Positions 59,302 through 64,000 of a stretch of DNA of 64,000 bases are shown piece by piece. The position numbers and the translations under genes were made by a program. Source of the DNA: Octopus sinensis (Eukaryota); the NCBI RefSeq assembly GCF_006345805.1, contig NC_043007.1, positions 49,538,001 to 49,602,000 of the forward strand. Reading direction: 5' to 3'. Each line of letters starts with the position of its first letter. Positions within the stretch are counted from its first letter, which is position 1. The notes below the pieces were generated by a model. The model was given only the letters and a program-made list of their open reading frames with translations, was not told the DNA's origin and did not search any database.

Positions 59302-60622
59302 TTAGATAACTTAGATATGTTTCGACCAAAGATTGGTCCAGGCCATGTCTAACTTAATAGCACCACCTGATAGGATTATTCGAATCCTGTTTAAGTCAAG
59401 TTTTGTTTAAGTCAAGTTTTGTTCAAGTAGTGAGTTCTTGTTGGGTGAGTTGTATCCAATTATGGGTGGCTTATCTGGTATTCTTTGAAGGAATCTATCC
59501 AGACTCCGTTTAAAGTTGATGGGATCCTTTTCCTCTTTGATCTCCCTCGGGACAATGTTAAATAGGGCAGGGCCTGTTGAGGAAAAGAAATTATGTTGCA
59601 GTGTACATGTATGTTGTGATCTTGAACTGGGCAGGGGACGTATGGCCCGTGGTCCCAGTCTTGGATGAACCTTGAAGCTAATGTTAAGGTCGTTTGGGCA
59701 AAGTTGGCGGTATATTCTCCACATCGTACAAATGATGTACCGCTCACGGCGACGCTGGAGGGAGTAAAGTTTCAAGGCTTTAAGGCGATCCCAATAATCG
59801 AGAGCAGCCATGTCTTCAATTCGTTTAGTGAGTGCCCTCTGGAGGGACTCAATTCTGGAGATGCTTTGTCTTGTATGGGGAGACCACAGTGGGCAGCAGT
59901 ATTCAAGGTGTGGCCGTACAAATGAGGAAAAAAGTGGTATGATGACACCTTGTTCTCTGGACCGGAAAGTTTTTAAGATCCAGGAACTCATCCTACGCGC
60001 TATATCGACCTTCTTGTTGATGTGTGCACTCCAACTGAGATCGTCATCAACAATTACACCCAGGTCTCTGATATTGTTAGAGGCTGTGAGCGGTTCCCCT
60101 GAAGGAAGAGAGTATGGTTGTTTTAGTGAGGAATTTCTTCCAAAATGCATCAGCTCAAATTTTCCCTCATCCAGTTGCATTTTGTTTCTGTCTTCCCATT
60201 GACTCACAGCATATAGATCAGACTGGAGTTGAGTTCGGTCTGCTTCTTCATTGACGATTTGCTGGAGCTTAGTATCATTAGCAAATATTTTCACTTTGCA
60301 GTAACGTACGACACTGGAAAGGTCGTTTATGTAAATTATGATGAGTAGCGGACCCAAAACAGTCCCCTGGGGAACACTGCTGGTGACTTTTGCTGGGCTT
60401 GGGTGGACTCCATCAACTACAACATGTTGTGTTCTATTCGCCAGGAAATACTTAATCCAGTGTAGAACTTTTCCACGGATTCCAACATTTGCCAATTTTG
60501 AGAGTCGGATATTATGGTCTACCCTGTCGAACGCTTTACTGAAGTCAAGATATATGACGTCAGATTTCGAACCTGTTCCGAAGGCTTTGAGTACATCTTC
60601 AATGTGGTATACATCTTCAATG
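59301..60622 (-). mobile_element. CR1-clade LINE, 5'-truncated
   Basis: YLDFSKAFDRVDH, SVPQGTVLGP, FAND(D)TK and RPHLEYCCPLWSP motifs. 3' hairpin GACC-AATCTTT-GGTC-GAAAC. Confidence 0.9.
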
Positions 60623-61163
60623 TATATATATGTATGTATATTACACGTATACACATACTCACGCGCGCGCACACACATGTACTAGGTTACAGATATTTCT
60701 TACGAATAAAACTGGAGAACTCTGTACATTCAGAGGAATAAACATGTTATATAGTTTGTTATTGGTAATACATTGCAAAGTTAGGCACGTCTATCTGTTG
60801 AAAAACAATCATCATAAGATGCTTTCCACTAGTTCCGTGAAATATGCGGGTTATTATTATGTATAGTTGCCGATGATTTTATTTTGGATAACAGAAAATA
60901 ATATTGTGCAAGACATGACTCATTACATATAAATATTAATAGTTGTGGGATATTTCCCTTTGCTACATAGAACTAGAAAGACTTTAACATAATTAAGCTG
61001 AAGGATTTTGAAAGTATTTCTGGGGATTAGAGGGGATAAAGAAGCACTTCCTGAATATACCTTAGACTGCATTTGATAAAGTGTGTTGAAATAAGAGGTC
61101 GGTCGTTGTTAGTGATAAAAGGAAAACAAATGTGTATTTGTATTTGTTTGTTTGTGTGTGTCT

Positions 61164-61244
<81 letters not shown>

Positions 61245-61499
61245 CCTGGTAATTAGATCAGTATTGATCCTTTCTGAAATATAGAAAGAAGCATTGCGTG
61301 TAAATACTATGTACGAAGCCTATCGCGTAAATACCTACTTATAAAAATGACATGAAGATACGTATAAATTCGTCTAAGAATAAAAAACCTGTAACCATTT
61401 CAAACTGATCTCATGAATATAATATCCTAACATAAATGTCTGTAAATATACCAATACCTTCCAAGCAACATTTTACTTTGATAAGAATTGTTCGCACGC

Positions 61500-61685
61500 C
61501 GGACATTGTGCTTAGCGGGATTTCGTCTGTCTTTGCGTTCGGAGTTCAAATACCACTGATGTGGGATTTGCATCTCATCCTTTCGAGTTCGGTAAAATAA
61601 GTATCAGTTGAGCACTGGGATCAATGAAATCGAACTAGCCTCCTCCCACAACATTTCAAGTATTGTACCTATTGTAGAAGTTAAG
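61500..61685 (+). mobile_element. SINE family II, decayed
   Basis: GAGTTCAAAT box and CATCCTTTCG core. Confidence 0.65.
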
Positions 61686-62103
61686 AACATTAAGAAATAT
61701 ATGAATATATTCAAAAAGAAAGGAACATTCAGGAAGTTGAAAATAATATTTCTAACAAACTCATACATAATATTATTATCCTAAACAGGAAAAATAGGCA
61801 ACAAACTGAAAACGATGTAAAGTTTAGATAAAAATTATAGCTACTTAAGTTTAATTAGATTACAAATTAATATCGATAAGTAAATTTTAAGCAATATTGA
61901 TTGATTTATTAATTAAGCAATATTAACAGTAAGATTAGAAACCAGCCGCTAGCAGTAATGTATGTAATTTCCTACGTGATTTTGATGTGATAAATATAGT
62001 ATAAACATTTACACAAACATTTACGCAGACCCCAAAATTTCTGTATCAGTACCACATGGGGTGAATAATTCTTATGATAATTTTTCACTTGCTATATTCT
62101 TTA

Positions 62104-62301
<198 letters not shown>

Positions 62302-62387
62302 TTTATAATTTTAACCTTTAAAGGTATTTTTTAATATGCTGGCCATTGATAAAAATTTTTGGGGAAAATAATTTTATCCTACATTAG

Positions 62388-62481
<94 letters not shown>

Positions 62482-62484
62482 GTA

Positions 62485-62515
<31 letters not shown>

Positions 62516-62542
62516 ATATATATATATGTATATATATATATG

Positions 62543-62649
<107 letters not shown>

Positions 62650-62959
62650 ATGATAGCTTAGTTGTAGCCATCACTTCATAAATAGACATACCTCCATAAG
62701 AAGCTGCAATGATCCACAGATCAGAATTGAACCAATATGTGTTTATAATTAATATAAAATTGAATTGCATATTTCATATGTAAGGTATGTCTTGAACATA
62801 AAGCCATACATGATGCATCAAAACTGATCAGTTTTCTCGTGACAAGTCATGTCACTGGGAAAAATTGTATCGACTGTTTGCAAGTCAACAAAAACTTTCT
62901 GGTAGTATAGCAGCTACAGGTTAGCCAGGTTCTGGATCTGCCATGGGTACCCAGCATAC

Positions 62960-64000
62960 CATGAAGCTAATAATTGCAATCATCCCCGGAATCTGTTAGT
63001 TCCAATTCTGGCTCTCTGTCGCCGTATTCAGTAGCTTAGATGTCGCATGTTCGTAGCTTGCACATGTCTGTACACCTCAAGCCATTGCTGAGGCAGCTGC
63101 ATGCTGGTGGTTTACAGGAATGGACACATTTGCAGAACAAAAGCTAAAGGACAGCATCCCGTGTAGGTGTGCTGCATATCTAAGCAATGGCGACGTCACT
63201 CTCTTCGTCCAATCTACAACCACAGTCAATGGAGCTTGGGTCAAAGGTTTGAGCCTGTAGACATCTTTTCCAGAGGGCTGGCTGGTAGTTTGCACGAAGA
63301 GCATGCATAAACAGGCAGCCCTCACATGAATGTAGTTGACGCGACTCAATTTCTTCACGTCTAGTGCAAAAGATATGGTATCGAAGTTTATTTACTTCAG
63401 TTGTTGAAGTAGAAGGCATATACATTTGGCAGATGTTCATCTGTATTTTTTGAAACAGTTCAAGAAATACATCGCAAGATTGTCCCAGTTCACTGAATAC
63501 TTCTTGGAAAGTCTTGTTGGATTTCATCAGTTTAAACGCTGTTATCTTTCCACGGCCAGTAAAGGCACTAACTGTATTACAGCCTGTGAAGGCATGCACG
63601 CCAATCAAAGCATCAGGCCTGCCACCTCCCAGTGTATGACTCATTCTCGTAATGTCAAGGAAGCTTGCTCTGTTCTTTGTACCAAACTATTGGTAAAGGG
63701 AGCACGGGATTTTGCTACAGAACCCCATGCACAAAATCAGAGCATCAGTATCCTCAGCACTGATAACAACAGCTCTACTGCCTGACTAGGCTGCATGAAG
63801 TGCATGGAGCAAGAGTCGCATGCTAGCCTCTTATTGTGATGACTTTAACTCAGATACCTCCTCCCACCTTTTTGATCTTGAAGCAGAAGTCGTCACATGT
63901 TACAAAAAGATCTTTGTCCCCCAGTTTTGCTCTGTATGTTGGTCTCTTCCATTTACCCACCAGAAATTTTATCAGACTTGCTTTGTTGGAAGGGCTGCTG
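62960..64000 (-). mobile_element. Academ (AcademX-type) DNA transposon fragment, decayed, runs off the window
   Basis: XPG/FEN1-like H3TH motif HAFTGCNTVSAFTGRGK, followed in frame (across stops) by a Cys-rich finger CKCVHSCKPPACSCLSNGLRCTDMCKLRTC. Confidence 0.75.

Overview
AT-rich, microsatellite-dense animal genomic DNA. The SINE, LINE and microsatellite content suggests a cephalopod (Octopus-like); this is an inference. One complete host gene can be assembled on the minus strand: a 10-coding-exon SLC22 (organic cation/anion transporter, MFS) gene at 1049-55028. It has 1704 nt of CDS (567 aa plus stop), and all GT-AG junction phases match. The introns and flanks are filled with transposons: at least five lineages of (TAA)n-flanked R4/Dong retrotransposons (one near full length with a single nonsense codon), four Tx1/L1-clade copies, two CR1 fragments, a full-length decayed Chapaev3 with TIRs and TSD, two mariners, a Tc1, Helitron and Academ fragments, Penelope-like remnants and several tRNA-derived SINE families. 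The most interesting signals are: (1) hammerhead ribozyme motifs in inverted-repeat mini-elements, including a structurally complete one on the host sense strand (4887-4949) that is preceded in the transcript by its own antisense copy, inside a nested compound palindrome; (2) related Tx1 subfamilies that appear to target different microsatellites, (TATC)n versus (ATT)n; (3) SINE 3' tails matching Tx1 and CR1 3' ends; (4) a probable 1-bp deletion in SLC22 exon 6 that a donor 4 nt downstream could rescue in frame. All coordinates and identity counts were made by hand, and no database searches were run.
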